Below, in pieces: positions 1 through 12,124 of a stretch of DNA of 64,000 nt (position 1 is the first letter of the stretch; the number at the start of each line of letters is the position of its first letter). Under the pieces are notes generated by a model. It saw nothing but the letters and a program-made list of their open reading frames with translations, was not told the origin of the DNA and did not search any database. The stretch covers positions 19,840,001 through 19,904,000 of the forward strand of contig OY740804.1 of the NCBI GenBank assembly GCA_963514005.1, read 5' to 3'. Made by a program: the position numbers and the translations under genes. The DNA comes from Raja brachyura (Eukaryota).

Positions 1-75
1 AATCCTTCCTATCTACATCCTGTGCCAACTGTACTCACCACTCACTCACTCACTCAGTCTGTCTTTGTCCCCCAG

Positions 76-171
76 GCATCAATGGAAGCTCTGATCCACC
101 ACTTCAAGCTCTACACAGAAGGCTACCAAGTGCCGCCAGGGGCGACCTACACTTCAATCGAGGCTCCGAAG
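76..171 (+). CDS. NDUFS2: NADH:ubiquinone oxidoreductase core subunit S2, internal coding exon (gene starts upstream of window)
   Basis: cccag|GCA...AAG|gtgagt; 96 bp, phase 0-0; [32 protein letters not shown] matches the complex I 49-kDa subunit. Confidence 0.97.
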
Positions 172-651
172 GTGAGTACGGATATGGGCGGAGGCCATGA
201 CTTTGTGTGGTGTTTGTAGAGGGAGAGAGGGGCGGGGGGGGGGGGGTACGAGTGGGTTTCAGAGATTCATTCAGGACAGAGGGAGTTAGTGACAGTGGTG
301 ATAACAGTGAGATGAAGAGCATTCTTCCAGTCTGATGGCAGTCCATTCCGCCCATCTTGTCTGAGTGCACAGGCTCTGCAGAGGAACTGGTTCCACGCCT
401 TCGTGGGTGGCTTCGGTGGGGGGAGGGAAGTGCAGGTCTGAGAGGGGGGGAGGGGGCGGCAGAGGTGAGGCGCTGGCACAGGAAGGGGAGAGAAGGGAGG
501 TTGATGAGGGGTAAGAAGGAGAAGGGGAGGTAGATGAGGTGCGAGAAGGGGGGGGAGGGCAGGGGAGAAGAAAATAAAAGGTGTTTGCATTGAGCCTCAC
601 GGTGGTATCGAAGTAGGCCAAGGACATACACGTGGTGTCTCTCGCTCTCAG

Positions 652-735
652 GGGGAGTTCGGGGTGTATCTGGTCTCTGATGGCAGCAGTCGGCCCTACC
701 GCTGCAAGATCAAAGCTCCCGGCTTTGCCCATCTG
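652..735 (+). CDS. NDUFS2: NDUFS2 coding exon
   Basis: ctctcag|GGG...CTG|gtagg; 84 bp; [28 protein letters not shown]. Confidence 0.97.
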
Positions 736-1143
736 GTAGGTGGCTGCATTCACGAGGCTCTGCACGCGTCTCATCCTGTCCCACACAACCCCACTCCTTG
801 CGCGCCCCCCCCCCCCCCCCCCCCCGCCACTCGCAGTCCGTGTGGACCCACCCCTGTTGCCGCGGTCAATGCCCTGCCCTTCCGCTTCCTGCTGGTCAGT
901 GAGCAGCGTGGGACTCATCTCGATACAAACCACCAACAGGAAGACAGCGCAGCAACACCAAGTTCTGTGCAGGCACATGTCTGAGGACATGGCCGTCTGT
1001 GGTCACCACTGCTGCACACAATCTCCCTTCTTCACGTTTCCTGGACGCGGGGGAGGGGGCCATGTTCGGCCTGTTCAGACACTGCTGACTCCCAGCAAGC
1101 CAGGGCCCACATACAGGACCAGACTCCCTGCTCCTGTTATCGG

Positions 1144-1191
<48 letters not shown>

Positions 1192-1296
1192 CTCCCCCCC
1201 CACCACTCCTCTCTCTCATACTCTCTCTCTCTTCCCCTCCAACCCCCTCTTTCTCTCTCTCTCATATCCACCCCTCTCCCCCTCTCTCTTTTGTAT

Positions 1297-1495
1297 CCAC
1301 CCCCTCTCCCATCCGCCGGCCCCCCCTCTCCCATCCGCCGGCCCCCCCTCTCCCATCCGCCGGCCCCCCCTCTCCCATCCGCCGGCCCCCCCTCTCCCAT
1401 CCGCCGGCCCCCCCTCTCCCATCCGCCGGCCCCCCCTCTCCCATCCGCCGGCCCCCCCTCTCCCATCCGCCGGCCCCCCCTCTCCCATCCGCCAT
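1297..1495. repeat. C-rich minisatellite (~22-bp unit CCCCCTCTCCCATCCGCCGGCC) preceded by a (CT)n tract at ~1148-1190
   Basis: About 9 near-identical tandem units inside an NDUFS2 intron. Confidence 0.9.
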
Positions 1496-1582
1496 CTTTC
1501 CCCCCCCCCCCCCCCCCCCCAAATTCTCCACCCCATGATTCATCAGTCCTATTACAGAATTAACTCTCTCTGTTATTTCAAG

Positions 1583-1640
1583 GCGGGTCTTGACAGGATG
1601 GCAGAAGGACACATGCTTGCAGATGTGGTGGCAATAATTG
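1583..1640 (+). CDS. NDUFS2: NDUFS2 penultimate coding exon
   Basis: tttcaag|GCG...ATT G|gtgcgt; 58 bp; AGLDRMAEGHMLADVVAII(G). Confidence 0.96.
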
Positions 1641-2284
1641 GTGCGTATGTCAGCTTTGGATAGTGAAAAGGGAGCTTCACTCTGTGTCTGACTCGTGAAC
1701 ATATGACAGGATTGTAGGGAGAACATCACTCTGTTTCCAACCAGTGTCCTGAGTGTGAACGTGTAGAGGGAGCTTCAGTCCATGTCTAACCATATCCTGT
1801 GAGCGTGTGACGGGACAGAGTGTGGTCAGCATGGGACATGAAAATGGAATTGTTCATGAATGCAGAATCATGTTCCTTCCTTGTTCTTTGAAGAGATAAT
1901 GTTTTCTGTGACTCAGAGTGACGTAAACATTTGAGAAGGAACATGATTCTCGACCCCGAGCTAGGGCTGAATGTCACATCTCCTTTGTGTTGGCTCCCTC
2001 GCCAGATTCTCTTGCCCATCAAAATCAAGTATGAGCTATGGTTCTGATTCCAGTTCAGAGGTATCCTGCACCAGCTCTCAGCTCAAATCCTTGCCATGTC
2101 CTCCTCCATTCTATGAGTGACTGGGCATTCGTTTCTTCAGCTGTGTGTCTAGATTTAACTGCAGGGTGTTTTGTGGTTAGACTGACTTCTTTCCCACCAA
2201 TAACTGAGCTTTTGCTGTTCTCTGTCTAATTTTGGAATATGTAATGGGACAGTGTACTTCTGCTCGGTGTACATCAGCATCGCT

Positions 2285-2400
2285 GTACAAAACCCCGGCA
2301 CGGCCGTCGACTACCGGCTGCCTGGACCCGCGAATGGCCACCTTGGCCAGGCCAAGGAGCAGAGCGACAGGGAGACAACCCCACCCCCCTTGCTCCCAGC
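2285..2400 (-). mobile_element. Tx1/L1-clade LINE ORF2 C-terminal fragment
   Basis: Minus-strand LLLGLAKVAIRGSRQPVVDG; the same motif occurs at ~45.4 kb (+) and ~51.9 kb (-). Confidence 0.65.
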
Positions 2401-2607
2401 CCTCCCCCCCCCCCCCCCTCTGACCCGTAACCTGGGGGTGTGTGATGGGGCAGTGTAGAGAGAGATTCACTCTGTGCCTTTGGAGATTTTCAGATTTCAG
2501 ATGGGATATCTCTCTGCACAGGCTCGGTAAGTGGGCCTTCGTGGATGGGGATTCTGTGGTAGAGAGTCGTCTACAATGATTCTGCCTCCCACCCTCTTGT
2601 GTTTCAG

Positions 2608-2645
2608 GCACCCAGGACGTGGTGTTTGGGGAGGTGGATCGCTAG
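2608..2645 (+). CDS. NDUFS2: NDUFS2 last coding exon
   Basis: gtttcag|GC ACC CAG GAC GTG GTG TTT GGG GAG GTG GAT CGC TAG = (G)TQDVVFGEVDR*, the conserved C-terminus. Confidence 0.96.
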
Positions 2646-2765
2646 CGCACACTCCAGAAGCCCAGCTGCGCAACCGTCTCTCGCTCCCCTGTAGGGCAGA
2701 CGGGGCCATTCCGCTCCCTGCCACCCTTTGCTGCGTGTGTATGTTCCTCAATGTAACATTGGATT

Positions 2766-2771
2766 AATAAA
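2766..2771 (+). terminator. NDUFS2 polyadenylation signal
   Basis: AATAAA about 120 bp after the stop codon. Confidence 0.75.
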
Positions 2772-3399
2772 TGGAATTGCTCAAGCTCGTTGGCATCATC
2801 TCTCCGTGGGGAGTGACCTCAAAGGCCCGTAGTGGTGGGGCTGGTAGTTGCAGGAATGGAGCTGTTTAACTGCAGGGCCATCGCTACCTGTGGTTGCAGG
2901 CAGTGGAGTTACATTATGAGATTTGCACTCCCACTTATGGTGGGAGAAAATTCAGCAGGGGTCTATCTAAAATGCTCAGCCCTTCCAAACACCCATTACT
3001 TGCATCCCCACCCCTCCCCAATTTTCCATCATGTCCTGACTTATCCCTCCTGCTCCTGGCCTCCCCCCCCCCCCCCCCAACTCTCTCCCTCCTCCCTAGC
3101 TTTCCACTTATCTCGCTCTCTCTCCCTCCCACTCTTCCCCTCCCCAACTAGTCCGCTCTTCCCTCTCCTTCACCTGCTTGCTCTCCCCTTCCTTTCNNNN
3201 NNNNNNNNNNNNNNNNNNNNNNNNNNNNNNNNNNNNNNNNNNNNNNNNNNNNNNNNNNNNNNNNNNNNNNNNNNNNNNNNNNNNNNNNNNNNNNNNNNNN
3301 NNNNNNNNNNNNNNNNNNNNNNNNNNCCCCTCCTGCTTTTCATGTCTCAACCCTGTCCATCTCTCCTCGCCCCACCCCCCCCCCCCCCCCATCTTGCCC

Positions 3400-3472
3400 C
3401 ACTTCCTGTGCTCTGGGAAGTCAGTGACACTTTGACCACATATCTGGCTGGGCTCTCCAGTTTTACTTCCTC
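3400..3472 (+). promoter_or_regulatory. Probable FCER1G proximal promoter: Ets/PU.1 and RUNX motifs
   Basis: CACTTCCTG 3400-3408, TGACCACA 3433-3440 and TTTACTTCCTC 3462-3472 (reverse complement GAGGAAGTAAA), 70-140 bp upstream of the ATG; no TATA box seen. Confidence 0.55.
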
Positions 3473-3541
3473 CTCACAGACGGCCAGCCCAGCAGGCAGG
3501 ACGTGCGGACTCTTCCAGTGCGCCCGGCTGCTCGCTCCACC

Positions 3542-3587
3542 ATGAAGACTATTCTCGCCCTCGTCTTTCTCTTCCACTCCGCAGCTG
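3542..3587 (+). CDS. FCER1G: Fc receptor gamma chain, exon 1 (signal peptide)
   Basis: Kozak ccACCATGA; MKTILALVFLFHSAA + G|gtaagt (phase 1). Confidence 0.88.
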
Positions 3588-5189
3588 GTAAGTCGGACAT
3601 GTCCTGGGTCCTGTGGTCACCCCTCCCCCTGACACCTCATGTTTACCGACTAGCACTGAGCCGTGGTGCTAACTGAGGGCCACTTTGAGTTCCGTCCAGC
3701 CCTGAGCCCAGACATCCAAAATCCACCCCATCTATCCCCCGCTACAGCCCTCCACAACAAACGCCTGCCCCTACTGCCTTCCCTGCCCCCGTATCCCCTA
3801 CACCCTGCTCCTCCCCGTAACCCTCCAGCCCCTGCCCCCATATCCCCCTACACCCTGCCATATTGCTGCAACCCTCTGCAGCCTTCCCTGCCCCCGTATC
3901 CCCATACAGCCCCAACACCCTGCCCTATCCCTGTAACCTCCTGCACTCCTGTCCCTGTAACCCTGTCCAGCTCGTACACCCTGCCCAATCCCTGTAACCT
4001 GTTACAGCCCCTACACATTTCCCTGTCCCTGTAACCCCATTCAGTCCCGACACCCTTCTATATCCCTGTAAGCCCCTACAGACTCTAATCCCCCCCCCCC
4101 CCACCTCTGGCCCCTACACCCTCCCTGTTTCTATAAGCCTCTCTACCCTTCTGCCCCTCATCACCCCTTCAAGCTGCTGCATTTCTACTGGTTAGGTGTG
4201 CAGGCAGGCAGGGTGATTTGTGTTCATCGCTGTTCGACTCTGTTGTACAGGGCAGCGTGGGACTGGGTTGAGGGCGATATTCGTACCAAGCACCAATGAG
4301 GATAGTGAAATTGGGAGAGGCTGTTCCTGGAATTGAGTGAATCGTTGTCATGTTTTGGGGCGTGTACATGGTGTGCCCGAGGGTTTTGCTGGTACACCTG
4401 CCTTGACAGGGAATGGTGGTGGGATGGGAGAGTCTAGCAATTGCCAAACGATGACTGAATCCTCCCAGCCCTCCCTGTGCTGTTTCGAGACATGGTGATC
4501 AAAAGCCCTGGTTAAAATGGCCGTCTGATCTTATTTTGGTTTCAGTCTCTCTTCCTGTTGCAAAATGGGGGAGAGATGGTGATAGCGAGCGTGTGTGAAA
4601 GATGGGCCTGGCCACTCTCATACCCGAGCTGGCCCAGGCTGCGGAAGCTGCATGGTCTGAGCCCGAGTTACTGCAGGGGCAACGTTCCCCAAGGCCATGA
4701 GCCGGGAGAGGGGCCCATCTCAATATAGAGACTGACACTATGCAAGTCTCACCAATTCCTGACACAACTGAAGCACAATTGCAAGGCTTTGATATTCAGT
4801 TGACCCAGCACAGTTGTTTGAGTCCCCAAAGCCCATCAGGGAAGGAATTCCATGAATTCCCCACTCTGGATGAAAACATTTCTCCCATTTCTACACCTCA
4901 CTCTGAGACGTGGGACCCCTGGCTCCAGACACCACAGCCCTCCTCACATCTGCCCCGTCGAGTCGTTGATTCAAACCCTCTCACAGTGAAGGCCCACGGA
5001 CAATCTCCCTCCTGACTGCTGGTCTTCCTGCAGGGGCAACGTCCAGTGAGCGGTGTCCAGGGTCTCCCATGTCCCTCTCCACAACAACACCCTCCCATCT
5101 CTCGCCATCTCAACAAAAGTACCCCGGCTTTGTATTCCTTCCACCACAGTATGGGGTGGAAGGAATAGAAAGGAATAGGAATAGTCCAA

Positions 5190-5859
5190 ATGGGACAACT
5201 GTGGATAGGGTGAGCTGCTTTAAATACCTGGGAGTCCACATCACAGACGATCTGACATGGACAACACACACTGCCGCACTGGTGAGTAAGGCAACGCAGC
5301 GCCTTTACCACCTCGGGCAGCTGAGGAAATTCAGAGTCTCTCTGAGGATCCTTCAGTGCTTCTACTCTCGGGCTGTAGAAAGCATCTTGTCCGGCAACAT
5401 CTCAAACTGGTTTGGGAACTGCTCTGCCCAGGACAGGAAGGCTCTGCAGAGAGTAGTGCGTTTGGCCGGACGCACTATGGGAACTACGCTTGCCCTCCCT
5501 GCAGGAAGTATACACCAGGAGGTGCAGATCCAGAGCTAGCAACATTATGCGGGACCCCTACCACCCCAGCAACGGACTGTTCCAGCTGCTACGGTCAGGC
5601 AGACGCCTCCGGTGTCACGCTGTGAAAACAGAGGATGAGGCGGAGTTTCTTCCCACAGGCCATCAGGACTGTAAACTCTTATCTCACCAGGGACTAGTTT
5701 ACTGTACTCATTTACTGTGTGTCTCTTGAAAGAAAAAAAAATGTCTTGCATGTAAATACTGATTCTATTCTGTAGATTTTGTACAATCCACAGGCATTGC
5801 CATCTTCATTTCACTGCACAACTTGTTCGTGTATGTGACAAATAGTTGACTTGACTTGA
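5190..5859 (+). mobile_element. Rex/Babar-type LINE, 3' fragment
   Basis: FKYLGVHITDDLTW...QRLYHL...VESIL...WFG...LQRVVR C-terminal RT region; (GACTT)n tail. Confidence 0.85.
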
Positions 5860-7521
5860 AGCGGGTGACCTGCCATTTTCCCATATTGTACTCCATCTGC
5901 CATGTCCTTGCCCATTCACTTGTCCTGTCTATATCCTCACAGAACCTCCTTCATCCTCCCATCGCCTGTGCTACCCGCCATCCAAGATACTGACGTCTCT
6001 CAACCTTGCCTTTAGAACCTGTGGATGTAACCCAAGCTCCCTCTACTGCTTTACAATGCTTGATGCTCACCGTTCATTGCCTAGTCCCTGTCTGGTTTCA
6101 CCTCCCCAGATGCATCAGCTCACACTGAACCTCAAAATAATGGAGGGTACGGGTCACTGTCTCGTTCAGGGGAGTGTCCTGGGCCCAATCATTTTCAGCT
6201 GCATCATCAATGCCCTTCCATCCCAAGGTCAGAAGTGAGGATGATCATTGATTGCACAATGTTCAGTTCCATTCATAACTCATCAGCTAGTGAACAGCCC
6301 GTGTCTGCATGCAGCAGGAGCCAGACAACTGTCCAGGCCTAGAATGCTAACTTTGGGAAAGATGCAAGGGTTCCAGAAAGGATGGGCAAGGGATTTCCCA
6401 ACATGGTTCCACAGATGAGAGGGTTTTAGTTGTGGCAAAGAGGAGGGGAGACGGGAGTAGCTGGGGTTGATCTGTATTGGAGAGGGGACAGGTGCAGGGC
6501 CTTGTGGAGAGGAGAGGCTGAGCGGAAAGGGTGGAACATTGGGACTGGGATAGGCTCCTCGAAAGGACCAGCACAAACTCAGTGGGCTGAATGGCTGCCT
6601 TTCTGCTGGGCGAGTAGAAGGGCAAGCTGACCATATGAAGTTCACAACTTCAGTGGTTGGGAAATTGTCACGACATAAACATTTTGTCAAAACAGTTTTA
6701 AATAGCTCTGGTTATCTGATCGACAGAGTACAGGGCGAGAGTAAGCTAGTGATCACAATCATGCCCCCTTCCTCTGACTTTGCACCAGAGCATAAGTGAG
6801 GCATGTTATCTCCCCAGTCTCAAACTGCTGGTAACAAAGGCACGAGCAGTGGACAAGTACACCACTCACACACTACTAGAACATTGGTGAGACACAGGTT
6901 GAGCTGCCTCATACAGACTGAAAAGGCAGGGACAGAGAATTCTGGATCAGATACATGCCTGTACGCTGTACTATTGTGCTGTGGAATGTGTCAGAATTCA
7001 CTAAATTGTGTGGTCCTATCACCACTGTCTGTGTGGGAACCTGCAGGACATTTTGTAGATGGTGCAGGACACTGCGCACCAATGGTGGAGGGTGGGATGT
7101 TAGGGCAGAGGGAGGAAATATTTTTGAAGACTGATGGAGAGATGTTTTGTCCAAGGTGGTGTCAATCTTCTTGAGTTGATAGAAGTGCACTCACCCAGGC
7201 AAGTGGAAAATGTTCTCTCTCACCTTGAAAAACATCAGATTTTAGGTGTAAGCCCAAAATAAAAAATGGTAATATTGGAGTCAACAACGTGGAAGCTTAT
7301 CCATGCAGCTGACGGGAAAGAGAGTGTAGGAAAGGTCACGTTTAAACTAACAGGACAGGGAGATGTGACCAAATGCAAGGAGACAGAGGGCCATAAAAGG
7401 AGGACAGATACAAAGGGAAGATGGGAGATAAGAAAAATGAACCTGAAAGCTTTGTGCCTCAATGCGAGAAGCATTTCAAATAAGGTGGATGAGATGAATG
7501 CAGTTAGTAGTTAAGGGACAT

Positions 7522-7971
7522 TGTAATGGCAACTTTCCCACTCTTCCAGTGTCCAACTTTCCGTTGCCGTTACCACACAGGTAAGTCGGAGTGATCTTAC
7601 GCAGAACAAATGGAACAGATTTAATTGGTTCTTTATTGTAGTAGTTGTACAAACAAAGAGATGAACCTACCAGTTTTTCCTTATTCTGCATACAAGTCGT
7701 AGCTTGCTGTTCTTCCCGGTCTGGTGAAAACTGCATGCTCCCCACCCCTGTGCCTGGCCCTCCCTGTCCACAATGCTCTCTGTGCATCTAATGACCGCCC
7801 CCAAGTGTCCAAAATAATACTGCAAAATATATCTAGACAAAGTAATATAATATGCCGACAGTAGCTAACCGAAACATAAATTGCTCCGACACACCGGCAC
7901 CTAATTGTCTTACGTATATAACAAAACAATTACCAATAATAAATATTTAAAGGAGTTATAAAAACTTTACA
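7522..7971 (-). repeat. BEL/Pao 3' LTR
   Basis: TGTAA...TTACA termini; direct repeat of 11234-11698. Confidence 0.85.
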
Positions 7972-10900
7972 CATATACAACAAAGGTATGTGCTATGTGT
8001 TGCCATCTAACCTCCTTTAGTGATTCTTCAATCTTCTCCTTCATATCCTTTAGCTTGACAGGATCTTTCTCAAAGCTACTCATAGCAGTCTGAATCTCCT
8101 TTCTCTTTCGAGTCAACTGCAAGTGTTGTCCTTACTTTAAGAAGCCAAGCTATAGCAGTCTTCAGATTCCTCCATGAGGAGAAATAGGTGATCAGAGAAT
8201 TTGTGGGGTTCATTGTGATGTCTTGTTTGATTTCTGGATCATTAGCAGAGATTGCAGATTCCAAGTGAAGCTTTGGCCATTCTCTGTCTGGCTTACAGAG
8301 AAACTGGTCCATTGATCTATCTCTTGCAGCTTAAGAAGCCGTCTGCTGTTAGTCATCTGGAGGCATCATCTGCAGGATCTTCCTTTGTGTGAACATATCT
8401 TTATTGTGATTCATCAGTAGCATCCCTCACAAAAGAGATCCTGTTTGCTACAAATGTTTGGAAGCGTTTGGTTTTGTTGTTGATGTACTTAAGCACTGTT
8501 GTACTATCGGTCCAGAAGATGGATTTGTCCAGTTAAGTTGTAATTCCTTTCGCAGCATTGTGTCAGCTCTGACGGCAAGGATTGCAGCTGTAAGCTCCAT
8601 TCTGTGAATCATCATTTGTTTTAATGGTGCCACTCTGGCTTTTTCCATTATGAATGCAACATGCACTTTGTTATCATCTTCCAGTCTTAGATATGAAACA
8701 GTAACGTAGCCACTTTCGCTGGCATCTGGAAAGTGGTGCTGCAGTGCATATCTGATTTGACCAAAGCTTGCTGGCTTCATGCACCGGTCCACTGGTACCA
8801 TTTCAGCATAACCATTGTCAATCATTTCTGTGAGGAAAGATGGATATTAATTATGTAATTTCTTATTCGTGCCAAACCTGCATTTCAGGCTCTGGATGAG
8901 CTGCTCTGCAGTGCAATGTTTATTAGGCATGCTGACTCTTTCTTGTTTGAAAGGCAAGTCTAGACAGTTCATCTATCATCTTTGCTGTGAGGTTCGTAAT
9001 ATCCAAGGACTTTACATTTTCTCTGGACATTTCTTCTGTTTGCTTGCTGATTCTTTCACTGAAGTCGTGATTATATTGCTTGACCAGTAGATTCTCTAGG
9101 TTTACAATGGATAGTCGATGGACAGCAGCAGCAGGGCATCCATTTTCATCCCTGCTTTTGTTGTCTCTTCTCAGGGGACCATAGATGACCCATCCCAGTA
9201 GGGTCTTCACATCGTATGGTCCATCCTCTTAGCTGTTGACTAGCTCCCAAGGTTCCAATACCTTTTAAGCATTTGTCCCTATGAGTAGGTCAATGCCAGA
9301 GTCTTATTTCAGGAATCTTGATATCCTTCAAGTAAGGACATTGTAACAGCTCTTCGTGTCTGGGAATGTTCAGCTGAGAAACAGGCATGGTCTTGTGTGT
9401 GAACACATCGTCTTTGTCCAGACCAGATATTTCCAAACCTGAGATATGGTGACTGATCACAGGCTTCACCTGGTTTATGGTACGCAAGAGAATACTGGTC
9501 TTTCGTCCTGTAATTTTCTGCCTTCTCCTCAAGCTTTCTGTGCAAAAGGTCGATTAGCTTCCTTGATCCCAATGCAACACTGTGTCCCCCTTGTGGCTCT
9601 TTACCTGTACTGGTACAATGGAGAAGATTCAGGCTTCTTCACTGGCCCCAATATGCCCACACATATGCGGTGAGGGAACAGCATTACTCACAATTGGCAT
9701 CTCATTCTGTTCTGCATGCTCCGGCTTCTCTTTGTTCTTTTGTTCTTTTGTTCTTTTGTTCAATGCAAAGTATTTCAGGATGGTTTTGGTTGCACACATC
9801 ACAAGTCAAACAACTCTTGCCGTCTCTGCTCATGTGACCTATTTTCAAACATCCAAAGCAGACTCCCTTCTCCTTCAAGAAGTCTATCCTTTCTTGCTGG
9901 TAAAGTAGAAGAGAAATTTTGTTGAGCCAGAAGAGCAGTGATGTCTGTACATTTTGCCCTTGATGAGAATATTGAGTTAGAGTCACATCATGAGCTCTAA
10001 CAGATGCTCCATGAGTTGTTTGTTTTGGTCTAACAACCAGTTTCTGGGAGGAAGATCCAGTGCCCCTCAACACATTCTGGCATTGTTGCACTTGATCAGA
10101 TAAGTATTCATTTGCATGTGGATTTAATTTAGTTGATGCTTCCCTTTGAGCAGTTCCTTTTCTCAAGTAAGAGTTCATCCCATCAGATACTCTAGAGCTG
10201 TTTCTTGATCCCTTGGCCTCAAGTATATTGATCCTTGCATTGGCTGCTGCCAGCTCAGTCTCTCTTTTCAATTGCTCTTCTTGTGCCTCAAGCTTGTGCT
10301 TTTTTTCATGGCAGCAGCACCAAGAGAGCAGCCCTATCTGCCTGAGCAGAGAGCAGAGGCCGTTGTAGATGCACACGATGAGGGACTAGATTTGTGGCTT
10401 AATGTAAGCTTTGAGACATTTGAAACACTGTCATCAGGTCCAATTTCATCTGAGTTTACAACACTCTGTTGCATGGCACTTTCAGCTATGGAGTGTGTAG
10501 CTTGCTGTCCAATATCAGATAACCACACCTTTACATCTTGTATAAAATCATTAAAAGTTTCCATTCTTAGTTCTAGCCACTGATTTTACCTTTTAAGCTC
10601 CTTTTCAGACAGTGGTACCTTCACCAATAACATGGTTTTCACTGACTTCAGAGCTTGATTAATTGAACCAGGTTAGATTGTACTTAATTTTAATTTTCCT
10701 TTGATTTCACGAGCTCTTTCAACTTTTCAATTGACTGTTAGCTTGTTTACATATTGAGTTTCTTGTCGTCTGACACTGTACCACGAACAAGTCCCAGCCT
10801 TTGTCAGTGTGTTTAATAACTCTCCTTTCCTTTTCAGAATCCTTTCCAACATCGCCATCTTGTAACTGAGCTTTAGACATTACTTGTCCACTATCCCTTT

Positions 10901-11233
10901 AAGTCTCGTTGATGTGAAAGCCGAACGCCTGCAGCTGCTATTTCAAACCGTTGATATTGCTTTGATTCTCAAGGTCACTTCTCAAGTCTCCATTTTAGTA
11001 GCTGGTTTGCAATACAGCCTGTATATAGCTTCACCAATGAAGCTTAATGCTGTATGTACTCGCTCTCCCTGCGCGCCGGCTTTCGAGGCTTCCAGTCTCC
11101 GTTAGTCAGACTAGCGAAGGTGGCGACCGTGACCAGTTGATCGGGAATGGCGGCGTCAGGCGGGTGAAGTAAAACAGTCCTTGTTTCCGGGTTTCACATG
11201 CCCCAGTTTCACTGAGCTAGTTTTTCACTTAAA

Positions 11234-11698
11234 TATCATGGCAACTTTCCCACTCTTCCAGTGTCCACCTTTCCGTTGCCATTACTACACAGGTAAGTAG
11301 GAGTGATCTTATGCAGACTAAATATAATAGATTTTTCAGTCATTATTTATTGGTTCTTTATTGAAGTAGTTGTACAAACAAAGAAATGAACGTACCAGGT
11401 TTTCCTTATTCTGCATACAAGTTGTAGCTTGCTGTCCTCCCGAGTCTGGTGAAAACTCTATCCTGTCCACTCCTGTGCCTGGTCTGCCCCTCCCTGTCCA
11501 CAATGCCCTCTGTGCATCTAATAACCGCCCCCAAGTGTCTAAAATACGACTGCAAAATGTATCCAGACAAAATAATATAATATGCCGACAGTAGCTAACC
11601 TAAACATAAATTGCTCCTACACACCGGCCTGTAATTGGCTTACTTATATAACGAAACAATTACCAATAAGCATTAAAACGAGTTATAAACACTTTACA
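11234..11698 (-). repeat. BEL/Pao 5' LTR
   Basis: Diverged direct copy of 7522-7971, upstream of gag on the minus strand. Confidence 0.85.
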
Positions 11699-12032
11699 CT
11701 TCACCGCAACAGACAGTCTCTCCCAACGAGGCTGTTCCCAATGGACTGCTCCGCTGCTGCCTGCCGTCAATTTGTCCGCCACTAGGAACAGTCACCCAGG
11801 GATACTAACGGGAGAGAAGGGAGGGGTGGGGGGTAGAAGAAGAGAGCGAGGGGGAGAAGGAAAGAGGAGAAAGAATAGGAAATTGAGGGGGAGAGGGGTG
11901 GACAAATGAAACGAGACGGGGTGGGGTGGGTGGGTGGGCGGCTGGTACGAAGACGGGAAGCTACCTGGTACCTCTCATTGGGTCCAACTGTTTTCGACAT
12001 CCTCTGATCCTCACTCACCTCTTTCTCGCCAG

Positions 12033-12124
12033 CTGGACTGCAGGAGCCCGAGATTTGTTACGTTCTGGACGCCGTTCTGTTCCTTTATGGGACAGTGTTA
12101 ACGGTTCTGTACTGCCGTCTGAAG
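12033..12124 (+). CDS. FCER1G: FCER1G exon 2 (short ectodomain and transmembrane helix)
   Basis: ctcgccag|CT GGA...AAG|gtgagt; 92 bp; (A)[30 protein letters not shown] with the dimer Cys and TM Asp typical of FcR gamma. Confidence 0.97.

Larger units (their letters stand above)
7522..11698 (-). mobile_element. BEL/Pao LTR retrotransposon, internally deleted and degenerate
   Basis: Two diverged direct LTRs. Minus-strand gag zinc knuckle CFGCLKIGHMSRD..C..C...H, KTLLGWVIYGPL, and Pao RNase H-type HFPDASESGY...KARVAPLK...RMEL. RT core and integrase not seen. Confidence 0.9.

Noticed and set aside
740-1582. 307-aa ORF overlapping NDUFS2
   Set aside because: Intronic low-complexity sequence that happens to be in frame with exon 1583-1640.
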